Below are positions 62,920 to 64,000 of a stretch of 64,000 nt of DNA, one piece after another (positions within the stretch are counted from its first letter, which is position 1; each line of letters starts with the position of its first letter). The notes under the pieces were generated by a model. That model searched no databases, was not told where the DNA came from, and worked only from the letters and a program-made list of their open reading frames with translations. The DNA lies in assembly GCF_044704955.1 (NCBI RefSeq), contig NC_091989.1, positions 98,580,001 through 98,644,000 on the forward strand, in the 5' to 3' direction. The position numbers and the translations under genes were made by a program. The DNA is from Pristiophorus japonicus. Taxonomy: Eukaryota.

Positions 62920-63638
62920 TCCAAGATGGGAGCTTGTGCGGGGTGGCAGAGGGAAGTTGAGGGGAGATGGGGGCGGGGGGTGGAGGGGAGAGTGGTGGAG
63001 GTGGGAGGCGGAGAAATCCAGGGCGGGGGACAGGAGGGGCCACATTGCAGCGGAGGTATGAGGGGGCGAAGTGTGTTGGAGGGACTGGCCTGGGGACTCT
63101 GTGTCTCGGTGCGGGGAGTGTTCAGAGTGGGGTGGACGGGTTGACTGCGCAGATGGCGGTTGGTGGATGTGGTGTGGTTGGCGTCGCGGGGGCATGTCTC
63201 CGGGGTGGCCGGGGCTGGGGACTCGACATCCGGGGCTGTTCTGCATTTGGGAAGGATTCTGATGGGACGGGACGGGTTGGGTGCGGGGGGAGTGTTCCCG
63301 GTGTTGGGTGGGTCCGGAGCCGGGGGGGGTGGTGCACGCTCTTGGGATGGGGGGTGGGCTGTTTGGGGCTGGGATTGGGAGAGACTTCTTCACTCGGGGA
63401 GTTGTTGGCCTGTGGGGTTCCCTGCCGTGGAGAGTTGTTGATGCCAGTTCATTGGATGTGCTCGGGAGGGAATTGGATGTGGTCCTTGCGGCTGGGGGGG
63501 TCGGAGGGTGTGGAGGGGGCGTCGGGGGGAGGTGCTGTGGTGGGTGATCATCCATGATCTTGTTGAATGGTGGTGCAGGCTCGAAGGACCGAATGACCTA
63601 CTCCTGCACCTATTTTCTATGTTTCTATGTTTCTATGT
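62920..63638 (+). mobile_element. Internally deleted CR1 copy with dense A>G hypermutation and an intact (TTCTATGT)n tail
   Basis: 63060-63258 aligns by eye to the CR1 ORF2 start (reverse complement of ~21780-21970). 63256-63638 aligns to the CR1 3' end (reverse complement of ~19073-19445). Most differences are A>G. Confidence 0.85.
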
Positions 63639-64000
63639 TTCAACAGACAAGGCAGTCAGCATTCTGATTCTGGGCTGCAAATCTGCACTCAGCATATCAC
63701 GGATCTCAACAACAACTTCTCTGTGGAAACGCAGCCTTTTGACACAAGCAGCCTCGCTCATGTCCAGGTACGAACGCCTGGCTCGATATTGCCGACGTGG
63801 GTAAGGTCTCCTGCCCATCAGCCTATGGGCTATGGCGTTCCTGGTGTGGTGTGCTCCAATCAATTCTCTCTTATCTAGTGAATTGATGGAGAACCATTGC
63901 ATAATCCGTGGTGTTGATAATGCAGCACCCAGACTTGAATTACAAATGTAACTTTTAAACTTGCTGGCTGGCTCGCTGGTTGGCTGGCTGGCTGGCTGGT

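Larger units (their letters stand above)
61589..63902 (-). pseudogene. Harbinger DDE transposase (HARBI1-like), frameshifted and split by an insertion at 62508-63638
   Basis: RRSYLDMSEAACVKRLRF...LSVE | VKVTAALAFYASGSFQ, then GCID, PGSTHD, LGDKGY and CCMLHN motifs. Confidence 0.9.
59062..64000. mobile_element. Autonomous-type Harbinger DNA transposon with convergent Myb and transposase genes; runs off the window end
   Basis: Starts GGGCTCAAGTTTC where a CR1 fragment breaks. Both Harbinger genes are present tail to tail, separated by an AT-rich repeat spacer. Confidence 0.87.

Noticed and set aside
62677-63557. Long Pro-rich and Gly-rich ORFs (292 aa minus, 196 aa plus)
   Set aside because: By-products of A>G conversion removing stop codons from a CR1 copy; no evidence they are genes.
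59604-63902. Possible domesticated host genes HARBI1 / NAIF1 / MSANTD
   Set aside because: Convergent two-gene transposon layout with a TIR-like end, stops, frameshifts and related decayed copies in the same window indicate a transposon.

Overview
Eukaryotic, repeat-saturated genomic DNA. The TE families (Deu-core tRNA SINE, CR1 with (TTCTATGT)n tails, RTE, Tx1, Vingi, Mag-type Gypsy, Harbinger) point to a cartilaginous fish (inference). Most of the window is nested, mostly decayed transposable elements, with one 145-N assembly gap. Two signals are not explained by routine repeat annotation or the ORF track. (1) A spliced minus-strand host gene in small exons at 12.9-25.0 kb encodes a divergent ADGRG-like GAIN/GPS domain. 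Its cleavage triad reads RL|G instead of HL|T/S, and it appears to end in a stop plus AATAAA right after the GPS, with no 7TM exons visible here. (2) A retro-insertion at 62.5-63.6 kb splits a Harbinger transposase, and its CR1 portion carries dense sense-strand A>G changes while the 3' tail is spared, which suggests a germline retrocopy of an ADAR hyper-edited RNA. All calls come from reading the sequence by eye; no database searches were run, and element boundaries without TSDs are approximate.
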